Origin: Proteromonas lacertae
Lineage: Eukaryota
Assembly (NCBI GenBank): GCA_002245135.1
Contig: NGBS01000637.1
Location: 1-34,331 of the forward strand
DNA length: 34,331 nt
Direction: 5' to 3'
Numbering within the stretch: the first letter of the stretch is position 1; each line of letters starts with the position of its first letter. The position numbers and the translations under genes are program-made. Positions 1-11,860 of the stretch are shown piece by piece. The notes below the pieces were generated by a model, which saw only the letters and a list, made by a program, of their open reading frames with translations, was not told where the DNA came from and made no database searches.

Positions 1-1321
1 CATACCATAAACCTAATGAATATGTTAAATACATAATCATCATAAATAAACCAATAATTGCACCAGCAATTCTTGACATTTGAATACCTAAACTCTTGCT
101 TCTTCAACAGCAACTTTATATCTTTTAATGAAATATTCTTCAATACCAAATGAAGCAACTGTTCTGATTGAGCCAATAGCTTCTTCAGCAATACCACCTG
201 ATTCAGCAAATCTGTTTTGAGCTTCCAATATGAATTTTCTCAATAAAATACCAAAAGCACTACCAACAATACACAATGGCACACCTAATGCTAATATAAC
301 CAAAGTCATTGACCAATCTTTGGTAAAACCAATTGCATAACCAGCAATAAACTGAGCTAATGCTTGAATAGTCATACCAATATCTTTACCCATTCCTCCT
401 GTCATAATCAATGTATCATCAACAATACGAGTGGATAATGTCTTTGGATCATGACTATCAAACCAAGTAACATCTTGACGAATAATACCACGGAAATACA
501 AATACCTAACTCTTGCAATTTGTCTTTCTGCTGTTAATTTCCATGACCACATCATAAAGAAACTACATACAGCCATTGCTGCACCAATTCCAAACATCAA
601 CAAACTATTCTCAATAATACTATCTCGAGCTTCTTGAATATAGGCTTGAATTTGATCAACTGTAAGTTCTACATCACCTGTTTGAACTTGATTCATCATA
701 TCACCAAAGATTAACATAGAACATGGCATAATTACACCTGTACCAATTGAGAAGTTATACCAATGAATTGAAGAAAACGATCAATGTAGTCGGAATATTT
801 CAATAACTGTCCTATACTTAAACTCTTTTTAACTCTCGCATTTTCAATACTTTCTTTAGATGAAACATGCTCATGAGCGTTTGTATCTTTAACACCATTT
901 TTTACAACTGGTTTATCATTTTGAGCAGTTGGTGCAGGCTTAACTTCGATTGTTTTGATTTGAACAGGTTCTCTTTTATTGGCTGATTTTCTTCAGTACT
1001 TTCAGCTGGTCTGTTTTCATCGGCCTTTGATTCAGTTGTATTTCCATTACCATTTTCCGTTTGTTGAGATGGTTCATTTACAGGAGGTTGTTCATTGTGT
1101 TGTTGTGTTGTTTCAACTGCATTATTACCATCACTCTCCGGAATATTTTCTTGTTGATTTTCTGTGTTGCCATTCTGTCCTTCTTGATTGTTTGCACTAT
1201 TTTGAACAATTGCTTCAGAATCACCGTTTGGGTGTTGTTCGTCTGGATTTTCCAACTTTACATTTTCATTTGACCCTTCAGTTGGACCAGATTGATTAAC
1301 AGGATCGCTTATATTGTTCAT
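1..1321 (-). CDS. ABCB (MDR/P-glycoprotein-type) ABC transporter, N-terminal low-complexity extension plus first TM domain; runs off window start; three apparent 1-nt deletions (~970, ~752, ~95)
   Basis: Motifs AERQIARVRYLYFRGIIRQDVTWFD, IGFTKDWSMTLV, AEEAIGSIRTVASF. Frame-restored continuation LKYSDYIDRFLQFIGI..SIGTGVIMP and SLGIQMSRIAG..YSLGLWYG. Confidence 0.92.
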
Positions 1322-1542
1322 TCAAAAATCCTCAATTTGCTTGAATAAACAAGCTTTTGTAATAAAATCAACTGTCAAAACAATTGCAACCAACAAAATC
1401 TTTAAAAAACATCACAACACATTATTTATCTCATTTATGATTGTCATCAACTAGATACTGTATTATATTCTCTAAGAATGTCAAAATAGATTATCAAGCT
1501 TTTGTTTGATTTATAAATCTTTCTTTATTCTTGTTATTCTGG

Positions 1543-2143
1543 ATGGTATATTTTAATAATTATTTTCCTAGGCAACTTCTTTACGTCCGTATATTGAAAA
1601 AATTAGAAACACTCTTACACAAACACTAACATTAAGAACATTTCCTTCAATGTTGTCTGAAAAACAAAGTAAACCAGAAGTTGAAATTCAGTATAATAAA
1701 TAATCATTTTTATTTGAACAGATCAGGTCCAAATTCAGTACTTGATCCAATTTTAATAACTCGTTCTGAACATGAAAAATGTTTAATAGAACCTTCCATT
1801 AACTCAGTTAGAATTAGTATATCAATAAAAAAATCTGATGAGTTGGAAGTGTTGTTGTGTAAGAAATATAGTTCGTTCTTAATGAAGAGAGCTGAAATGT
1901 TTTATATATTGAGACGTAAACCAATGCCAGTATTTATAATATACTTCTATTTTATTGCAGGGATATGATATTAGTTTTTTAATAACTGATGAAAATTTAG
2001 TAAAGTTTTCAAAGGATAAAATAATCGAATTCCTTGTCCAATTCCTTGAAGAAATAGATAAGAACTTATCAGAATTGAAATTAAGTGTGAATTCTAGAAC
2101 TAGAGCATTTGCTACAGAATTTGTTCAAACTCTAACTACATAA
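1543..2143 (+). CDS. ARPC4: Arp2/3 complex subunit 4 (p20); introns 1546-1571, 1691-1721, 1930-1960
   Basis: Spliced product MATSLRPYIEKIR...KPEVE...EKCLIEPSINSVRISISIKKSDELE...RAEMFYILRRKP..GYDISFLIT...KLSVNSRTR. The GT-AG introns restore frame. Confidence 0.96.
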
Positions 2144-2305
2144 GCTATATTTTTCTTTAAATATACTTTTATTATCATTGTGTTTATATATATTTGAGAT
2201 ATTGTAATAACAAAAACATTAATAATCACTAAACGACAATATTGCTTATCTATTTTCTCTTTCTCAGCTCAAATGGAAGTGGTTTTATATTTTTCTTATT
2301 TTCAC

Positions 2306-2945
2306 TATAATATTGATAATACTCATCATTATTATTATCTCTAACATAACTATTTGGATATAAAAGCGGATGATCTCTTTTATATGCTTTAACTCTATCA
2401 AGTAACTCTTTTAATATGTTCCATGTGTCTGTATATGTGTCTTCATCAAAGTATACTGATAATGTCGATAAAAAACATAATATAGAAATAATGTAAGACT
2501 ATAAAAGATAAAAATGATATATAATACCGAAAAAATAAAATGTTTTTAATCTTTAGGAATAATACAACAATAGGATCAATAATTTTTACGATATTATTAT
2601 AAACATAGGGAACAAGCTAGATTAACATATTTTCAGTTATATACAGGTTGATCTGGTAAAAAATAAATCAGATATATGGCAAATTCTTTAATATAACTAA
2701 TAATGGGAATAATCTTTAAGATTGAGTTAAACATGTAATTTACTAAATAATTCAGGTAATATATAAACCTAAATACCCGTTAAATAATTAAATATACCAC
2801 ATCTGAAGCATACGTCTTATTTCTTCATCATTATCTGGAAATTCATCTCCATTAACACAAACAAACGATTTATATAAAAGGTATGTACTATAATACAATA
2901 ATTATAATGTATAAATAAACAGTGTAATCATCTAAAGGATGTTTA
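2306..2945 (-). pseudogene. Intron-containing unknown gene, frameshifted or degraded
   Basis: Several ~28-33 nt GT-AG intron-like segments separate protein-like stretches (KSFVCVNGDEFPDNDEENKTYASDV; LVPYVYNNIVKIIDPIVV; DTWNILKELLDRVKAYKRDHPLLYP). No single continuous frame. Confidence 0.4.
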
Positions 2946-3035
2946 AATCAAAATGTAATTTTGTGTAATTATGACATTGTCACTTTTTTAGTATTTACAT
3001 AAATCATTCAACATACAAGAATAAAGTGAAGAGCA

Positions 3036-4423
3036 ATGAATAACATTCCAGTAGTAAATACAAACAGTGATAAAATTATTAAATCTCTTCCCAAAGGTGG
3101 TCTGTCGTTATCTCTAAATATAGTTGAACAAAGTGGACTTAAATCAGTGAGAAAACATATATCGATTAATACACCTGACTATGATTCAATAAGACAGGAA
3201 CTAGATACACTGAATAAAATGAGAGACAGAAGAGTGTTAATATTGAAAGGATACAATCTTATTGGAAGTAATTTATACATATATACTGAGTATTGCCCTG
3301 AAGGAGATTTAGCTCAATTAATCGCAAAGAGAAGAGCAGAAGGTAGTTTTATAGATGAAAATGTATTTATTGCATAGAAATATAACATATATAGGAAATA
3401 TGGATATATATTAATGACGTTATTAAAGGATTGTTATACATTCATAATAATGGAGTTATACACAGGGATCTAAAACCTGCAAATATATTCATAAGTGATG
3501 AACATCTAGTAATAGGTGATTTTGGTTTAGCTGTATCAGCAAATTCCACAACTCAGTTTTATGGAACACCAAATTATGTTGCACCAGAACTTTGGTCCGA
3601 TAGAAGTCCAATAAAGAAATATACTCAATCTACTGATCTATTTGCAGCTGGATGTATATTTTATGAATTATGCACATTACAAATGGCATTTCCAGATAGA
3701 GATAGGAATATTGTATCTCATAATATTGTTTATGGTAAATATCAACCAATAATGCAGCATTATTCTGATAGATTAAAGCATTTAGTGTATGCATTGATTA
3801 ATCCCAATCCTACTTATCGTCAAAACACTCAATATATAAATAAATACATTGATACAAAAGAAGATGTTTTACCAAACACTTATCCAGTAATACAACAACC
3901 ACAATTATTATCATCACCTTCACCATCTTTATTACATGTACAAACTCAACCTCCACCAGTTATTCAACCACAAACACCACCAGTATCCACTAATAAGTTT
4001 ATGAATGCTGCATCATCATCATCAATGCAAAAGGTATATTCTCAAAACCAAAATACAATGATAAATAACAATTCAATTAAGTATGGCAGTAATACTCAAT
4101 ACCCAAATAGCTTTTATCAGAATCCTCCATCTACACCTTATCAAGCTTTATCATATCCATCAGTGAATTATCCATCAGTACCACCTCAACAACAATTTTA
4201 TTCTCAACAATATCCACCATCATCGTCATATCCATATCAAACACAAATACCAGCTTCATCATCTCCTTCAATATTACCACTACAGCAGCAGCCACAACAA
4301 ATACAAGTTCCAACTAATTCAATAACAAATGATGAAAAGGATAAACATGAATATATAAAAAGCAATATTAGAATGAATAGTACAGGTGATCTATTCACTA
4401 TCACAGAATTATTATCGAAATGA
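3036..4423 (+). CDS. NEK/NIMA-like Ser/Thr protein kinase with P/Q/S-rich tail; intron 3363-3394
   Basis: [42 protein letters not shown]. The intron joins the two ORFs (DEN|EIWIY). Confidence 0.92.
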
Positions 4424-4705
4424 TTTATATTATATTACAGTATTATGTTTTATATGATTTGATTAAATAATTTTTCTTATTTTATACTAAATGAGAATTG
4501 AGATTGGCAATTCTATATACTTTCACATTATTTCCATTTTTATTATTGTCTATCAATATACATTTAAATAATAATAATTGTATTGGACAAATAAAATAGT
4601 TGATATCTATTTCATTACACATAAACAATTATTCATGAAAAATCATACTAAACATTTCTTTTTTAAAGACAATAATTAAAATAATATTCCAACTCTTCAT
4701 TAGTC

Positions 4706-5083
4706 CATGATGAGCAGCTCTAAGTAGTTTTGGCTAACTTCACGAAGTGTATAGTGAAGAAAATCGATTATATATTATACAATAGTGTATTAAAAGACAA
4801 ACAAATGGATTTATTGGAAGAACTAATAAACCTGATTATGTATGTTATATCAAGTGAATAGAATATTATAGATATTTTAGAATCTTGTCAACTTTATGAT
4901 AGTTTTGCAAAATATTATGATGTTGAGTATCCAGATTATATTTATACTGGTTTAATTGTTTATGGATAGTTAATCTATGAATATTATGGGTTTTATAAAT
5001 ATCATCATACAACTGGTTTAAGAATTGATAAATAACCAGATGATTTGGTTGATAAATGTGAATATTTTGATAAAATAGCGTAA
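4706..5083 (+). pseudogene. Relic of unknown protein-coding gene
   Basis: One protein-like frame (ANFTKCIVKKIDY...MDLLEELINLIMYVISSE*NIIDILESCQLYDSFAKYYDVEYPDYIYTGLIVYG*LIYEYYGFY...DK*PDDLVDKCEYFDKIA*) interrupted only by point stops. Confidence 0.45.
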
Positions 5084-5324
5084 AGTAATAAATATTTTGA
5101 TTTATTATTATTTGATTGTATAAAGTGATTTACATTATAAAAACAAAAAATAGTTACAAGCATAAGTCATGTTATTAAACATTTTTAATCACATTTATAA
5201 TGATTCTACATAAATTAATTTTGGATTGAGTTTGATTCTATTTGTTTGTGTTAGTTTATTGTTTCTACACCTATTCAACATCATAATAAAAAGAAAGAAA
5301 AAAGAAATAAACAAAAAGAATAAA

Positions 5325-5443
5325 AAGAATCGTTACTATGACTTCGCACAGAGTCCCCCACTGTACTACTATCATAGCTCGTACAATCTTAACTTCGCAG
5401 TTCTAATGGGATGCGGTGCTTTATTGTAGATATGAACGATTCT
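5325..5443 (-). rRNA. 5S rRNA (left copy, transcribed leftwards)
   Basis: Reverse complement of the 7326-7444 copy. Confidence 0.95.
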
Positions 5444-7296
5444 GATTATTATTTCACTTTTTTTCTTATATATCACTCTCTCTCTTTTATAATTTCTTAT
5501 AAACAATTAATGTTATTCTAATAATATATAAAAGAAAATTAACAATATATTTGTTATTATTGATCTATCTATGCTTAATGATGAATTAAAGAGAATAAAT
5601 GAAAAATTATGAAAGAAACGGCTAAATATTTATAAATAGAAAAAGGTATTTTTGTGAAATTGATGTGTAAATGATGTATTGTGGTGGATATAAGTGTATA
5701 ATACTGAAATATGATGACAATTTTATTTATATGGATAAAATAAATGAGGAAATAACTGGATTGCAAATCCTTTTCAGAGTGGAACAACCTGATGATGTTA
5801 TAGAGATGTAGAAAATAGTTTAAATTTAAAAGTGATGTGATTGAGCATAATTGTGATGATTTGTATAAATTGTGAATTTGTGTAAAATAAAGTGAGTTTA
5901 GAGAAATAAAGATGTGATATTTGATTAATATGAATGTTATTATTTTGATTATTTAGATGATGATGTAAGATAAGTGAATATAGAAAAATAGAATAAGAAC
6001 TACTCTTGATTTGAAAGTTTCAAATATCTTAATATAGAAGAAGATGTAGTAGATTATACCATGATAAGTATATTATCTCTAGATTTGTATGTATTTAAAA
6101 TAATATATTATTTGATGAATTATTGTAATGATATTTTGATGTGAAATAGAGTGTGATAATTTTGTATTTAAATGAAATACTCAATTGAAGGATTAATAAA
6201 AATGGTTATTGTTAATATTATATTATGATTTTATGTTTTATGTTGATGGTTTAAAAAGATAAAGAAAAAATAGAATGAAAATAAATAAATAACATATTCT
6301 AACTCTATTAAAATTTATTATATATTTGTTTGTATTGCTTTCTTGTGTGTAAGATGTTAAAAATAAAATATTCCAATTCTTAATCCAATTTCTATATATA
6401 CAGATTAATCACTTACATAACTTACATTAAATATTATTCAAACTAATTTCAATGGCAATTCTGCAAGGATTATTTATATTAACTACTTCTTTCATTCTAT
6501 TCTTCTTTATCTTTTTAAACCATCAACATAAAACATAAAATCATAATATAATATTAACAATAACCATTTTTATTAATCCTTCAATTGAGTATTTCATTTA
6601 AATACAAAATTATCACACTCTATTTCACATCAAAATATCATTACAATAATTCATCAAATAATATATTATTTTAAATACATACAAATCTAGAGATAATATA
6701 CTTATCATGGTATAATCTACTACATCTTCTTCTATATTAAGATATTTGAAACTTTCAAATCAAGAGTAGTTCTTATTCTATTTTTCTATATTCACTTATC
6801 TTACATCATCATCTAAATAATCAAAATAATAACATTCATATTAATCAAATATCACATCTTTATTTCTCTAAACTCACTTTATTTTACACAAATTCACAAT
6901 TTATACAAATCATCACAATTATGCTCAATCACATCACTTTTAAATTTAAACTATTTTCTACATCTCTATAACATCATCAGGTTGTTCCACTCTGAAAAGG
7001 ATTTGCAATCCAGTTATTTCCTCATTTATTTTATCCATATAAATAAAATTGTCATCATATTTCAGTATTATACACTTATATCCACCACAATACATCATTT
7101 ACACATCAATTTCACAAAAATACCTTTTTCTATTTATAAATATTTAGCCGTTTCTTTCATAATTTTTCATTTATTCTCTTTAATTCATCATTAAGCATAG
7201 ATAGATCAATAATAACAAATATATTGTTAATTTTCTTTTATATATTATTAGAATAACATTAATTGTTTATAAGAAATTATAAAAGAGAGAGAGTGA

Positions 7297-7303
7297 TATA
7301 TAA
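7297..7303 (+). promoter_or_regulatory. TATA element upstream of 5S gene (mirror copy 5466-5472 on - strand)
   Basis: TATATAA at -29 to -23 from the 5S start. Position is typical for Pol III upstream elements, but the background is AT-rich. Confidence 0.5.
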
Positions 7304-7325
7304 GAAAAAAAGTGAAATAATAATC

Positions 7326-7444
7326 AGAATCGTTCATATCTACAATAAAGCACCGCATCCCATTAGAACTGCGAAGTTAAGATTGTACGAGCTATGATAG
7401 TAGTACAGTGGGGGACTCTGTGCGAAGTCATAGTAACGATTCTT
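7326..7444 (+). rRNA. 5S rRNA (right copy, transcribed rightwards)
   Basis: ~119 nt. Helix I AGAATCGTT/AACGATTCT, GCACCGCATCCCATTAGAACTGCGAAGTTAAG (loop C/box A region), TAGTAGTACAGTGGGGGAC...GCGAA (loop E/box C region), followed by an oligo-T run. Confidence 0.95.
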
Positions 7445-7481
7445 TTTATTCTTTTTGTTTATTTCTTTTTTCTTTCTTTTT
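7443..7481 (+). terminator. Pol III oligo-T terminator tracts (mirror copy 5288-5326)
   Basis: T5 immediately after the 5S 3' end, then several more T5-T6 runs. Confidence 0.8.
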
Positions 7482-7746
7482 ATTATGATGTTGAATAGGT
7501 GTAGAAACAATAAACTAACACAAACAAATAGAATCAAACTCAATCCAAAATTAATTTATGTAGATTAACATATCTTAATAACAAATTCTCTTTCTTTAGA
7601 TGTCTTTGAAACAAGTTCTCTTCTGTTGATTATTCATCACATATTATACATTAGGAAAGGAAAGCATTTTATTTTTTTCTTCATACATATCATTGAACTC
7701 TTTATTATTATCACACATTGCAGTAATAATCCTTCCACTGAAATTG

Positions 7747-10700
7747 TTACTGTGTTTTATTAAATATAATAGCATTCGGAGTGCTATTTAGTAAGTCTAT
7801 CATATCTATACATTCATTTTTATCCTTTATTTTATATAATTTGCTATATACCATTCTCTCTATTGTTTCAGTTAGAAAAACCAAATGATCAGATTTAGTA
7901 ACATCACCTTCATATGTATTGCATATAAAAATATCATCATAATCATAATCATAATCATAATCACACTTTGACAGAGATGATATACTAACTCCTCCTATTA
8001 TTGATTTAGCTTTCTCAACATCAATACCACTAATGGTATCAATCATTTTTTTCTCATTTTTATCATAATTTCCAATAAGTCCACCATAATATTCATAATT
8101 ATTTCTATAATAAGCTATAGTTTGTACATATTTTATAACTCTATCTTCATATATTTCTTCTGCATTTGCAAGATTTGTGAATTTTAAAATATTTTGTTCA
8201 TACTTTTTAGAGTATTTTGGATGTTGGATAAGGATTACTTTTTCTATTTCTTCTTTTGAAAATGGAGGTATATACATAATCAGAGGATATCTTTTATTTT
8301 GAAATGTTTTATATTCCTTTTTAGATCCATTAGCTAATAATATTATCATTTTAGCATCAGGATAATCATCTTCACCAATTACTACTCCATTACCAACTAC
8401 AATATATTCATTTGTATATTCACTTGTATGAACATATTCTTCATTTGTTATATTTACATTCTGGGATTTATATATTATATTTATTCTTCCTTCATAAATC
8501 TCTTTAATATGTTCAATTATAACATTTGCTAATACTGTTTTACCAATTCCTCTATTGCCTAATATTAAATACGTCTTTTGATGTGGTTTTGATCTATTTC
8601 TATTGTTCTTATAACCTTCATCAATTATTTTCAACATCTCATTATAACATTTTCTCATCAAAAACAATTCATTATTATTTGCAAATATTTCTATTTCATT
8701 TTCATCTTCTTTTTTGATATGAAATAATGGAAGTGGAAGTGGAGTTTTAACATCCACACAAGGAAATGCTTTTATAAATTCTTCCAATTCAGAATTACTA
8801 TTATCATCAACTTCTAAATCTTCTATTGTTGGTGATGGTTGTGATGGTGGATCTTTTGGAGATGAAATAGTAATATCATGATAAGATTCAATTCTGTCTT
8901 CGTTTCTTATTACAGCATATTTAAAACTGCCACTTTTCTTTAAACTGTATTGCTATTAAACTATAAATATATAATTTCATACTTTTATTGATTCCTTAAT
9001 TTTTGTTTCATCATCTAATGTCTCACCATTTAATACTATTTTTATAAACACTCCATTCATTATTAAATCAAACACATTATTTTCATCCAATATATGATAA
9101 ACAGAATGTAAGCCACCAACAGGAAAATGAACTAAAAGTTGCTTATCAGTATCATGCTCGAAATTGGAATCTCCTTTAGTTAATAGAATATCTCCTTTAC
9201 TCAATTTGTATGATATTATTTGTTTTAGACATATCTTTTCCATATTTTTATCATTTTCAGTTTTTTCACTGATAGGTTTCTTATTTAGAGGTGTATAACT
9301 ATTTCTTATACTCTTATACTCTATCTCATTATTTGGTGGATATAATCTAGAAATAATATATTTTTCAATATCATCAGATATGAATTTTAAATTCTTTTTT
9401 GGTTTCAATATATAATCTTTTAAATCATCATCCCATTCTAATTTCATATCATATTTTAATAATATATTGGATAATGGTTTACTTTTTAAATTCTTTCTAT
9501 TTGAATATAGATTCAGAAATTCATTAAATCCTGTTCTACCAACTACACTATTCATTAATTGTTGATAATATTTCCAATAATCTTTACCTTCATAATTTTC
9601 TTTATATAAATAATCAAAATAAATCTGTCTTGGGATATTACCATATCTATCACGAATACTTTCAAATTCTTCACTTTTAACATAATCATCAATTCTAACA
9701 TTATTACCAACATTAACATCTGTACATTCTTTAAACCATTCTGCTATTTCTTCATTACTTAATGAATCAAAATATAATTCTTTACAATTACTATAACTCT
9801 TATTATTCTCTTTATCTGGTGAACTAATTGAGATAATTGCATTTCTTATCCCAATTTGCTCATAATTAACTGTATCAACTATAATTATAGAATCTGTTAT
9901 ATTTACAATATCTTCAATTTTCATTTCACTTTTCACTAGAATGTAATCATTTTTACTCTCATCATATTTAAATTCATAAATTCTTTCATCCTTATAAGAT
10001 CCATTCTTTTTCCCTTTCATCACATATATTGGTCTATTTCTCCACCTACCTTCAAATATGTAATGATTAAATCCAATTTTCAATTCTATTTCACTAGTTT
10101 CTAATTCACCAATCTTTCCTTCAATATTTATAAGTGATTCATACTTTACTTTATCTACTTCTGCTTTTTGCTCTTCACTTAATCTACTATACCTATTTAT
10201 AATATATTCTAGTCTTTCCATAATATTCATTGTTTTATTATGTTTTGACTTTTTTATTTCATTAATCCTGTCTTGAATATTTTGTAATTTTCTTTTCATG
10301 TCATTCTTTGTATTATTAAGTTCATCAATTATCATTATTTCTTTTCGTAGTTTATAAATATTGTATTGATTTACTTCTTTTTCTAATAATATTTTATTAA
10401 TCTCATTTAATTTATCTAATATTATTCTTATCAATGCATATCCAACCATTGTCATATCCTTGTATTGTTCTATTTTTAATGTATTAAGTCTATCATTTCT
10501 ATTCATAATGTAATAACAATATTCATCTATTTTTTTTATATCGATAGTAACATCTTTTGGAGAAAGGAATTTACTAAGTCTTCCTGATGGTAATAATAAT
10601 TCTATAATTTCGTTCAATTTTTGTATAATCTTACCATTACAATGTTTTATAACTCTATTATTATCGTTATTCAAACTATTCATAATGCTATCATATCTAA

Positions 10701-11860
10701 TTCTATTCTCATTAATGAATTTATCATATCCAAATGTATCTTCTGTTATACTTTTCAAATCTTTACAAATATTGTTTACTTCTGTAATATCATTTTCATT
10801 TATATTCTTTTTATTGTTTTCTTTTGTTAAATTTTCGATTTCTTCATTCAATTTTCTTATTTTTGGTTCATTTTCTTTATCATATTTTCTTATTATTTCA
10901 TCCATGACAGACATTTCATCTTTATATCCTTGAATCTTTAAGTAATTCTTCTGCTCTTCAGTATATTCTTTACATAAATTTGTTTTTAAAAAGTATAATA
11001 ATGCATAAATGAAGGAAGTCTTTCCTATACCTGGTTGTCCTTCTATTGTTATATTCTGCTGAGGATTTTTGATAATAATAAACAAATATGTCTAAACATT
11101 TGTTTATAACATTCTCTAATAAGAATTCTCTTTCTGAGGAATTGAAATACATTTACAGATTCATCAAACTCTAACAACTCTATACCATCATCTGAATTCA
11201 ATTTTAAAGAATTCACTATTCTGATGAAAGCATCTTCTTTATTTATAGCAACACCTGCTAATGGAAAAGAAATTGGAATACTTGCATTTCTCAAAAATAA
11301 TCCACCATTTATATTGTTTGACATTAATCCACCATTTATATTGTTTGACATTAACCCAACATTTATATTGTTTGACATTAATCCACCATTTATATTGTTT
11401 AACATTAATCCACCATTTGTATTGTTTGACATTAATCCAACACTTGTATTGTTTGAGAATAAATCACCACCTATTTTATTTCTACCAGCATTTATCTCTA
11501 ATGTACTATTGTTAATTATTTCTACACCATATTTTATTTTTGTTTGTGGGTAATTATTACCATCATGATCTAATTGTCTATAAATAAAAAAATGTTTTAG
11601 CCTTACTTTGTTTTGGTGTTACTAGGAGTAATTCCATTACCATTAGGAGCAATTACAGAAAGTTTTATCTTTTTTACCTCTTCCCTATAAACTATATAAT
11701 ATTTTATATTTACTTCCTCTTCGTGCCAACACCTTCAAGAGGAGGTGAACTTATCTCGTCAAATTTTCTTTTCCTTGATTTAACCTATTCACAATATTAT
11801 AATCTATATTTACGTAGTTTCTGTCTTATTCTTGACGATGATTTTCACCAACTGTTTCAC
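7747..11860 (-). CDS. Crinkler/RHS-type (CR) P-loop NTPase gene with two tandem NTPase modules; possibly a pseudogene (frameshift ~11085, in-frame TAA in first exon, decayed 3' end)
   Basis: Module 1: LIRECY, ITIEGQPGIGKT, IIVD, SSPD, LSNEEI, YGNIPRQI. Module 2: LFLMRKCY, LILGNRGIGKT, MYIPPFSKEEI, YYGG. Intron 8953-8982 joins the 702-aa and 346-aa ORFs in frame. Three short introns upstream. Start uncertain. Confidence 0.75.
11298..11470. repeat. 27-bp coding tandem repeat (~6 copies) encoding SNNINGGLM
   Basis: AATCCACCATTTATATTGTTTGACATT units, visible directly. Confidence 0.95.

Larger units (their letters stand above)
5205..7564. repeat. Long inverted repeat: arms 5205-6266 and 6503-7564 (imperfect extension to 6280/6490), unique spacer ~6281-6489
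   Basis: Mirror coordinates sum to 12769 at every point checked. The mirrored ORF pairs 5226..5429/7340..7543 and 5575..5787/6982..7194 translate identically. Confidence 0.98.

Noticed and set aside
5226..5429. 67-aa and 70-aa ORFs in the palindrome arms (and mirror copies)
   Set aside because: Non-ATG starts, low-complexity translation, and one overlaps the 5S gene antisense; spurious.
5755..5790. tRNA-Cys/Sec-like fragment (GGATTGCAAATCC; CAGAGTGG)
   Set aside because: No acceptor stem, D arm or TTC T-loop can be built.
5195..7575. Classical TIR transposon or MITE
   Set aside because: No target-site duplication and no transposase visible; kept only as a possibility under the palindrome finding.
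11298..11470. CRISPR-like repeat array
   Set aside because: Units are contiguous without spacers, in frame within a coding exon, in eukaryotic DNA.
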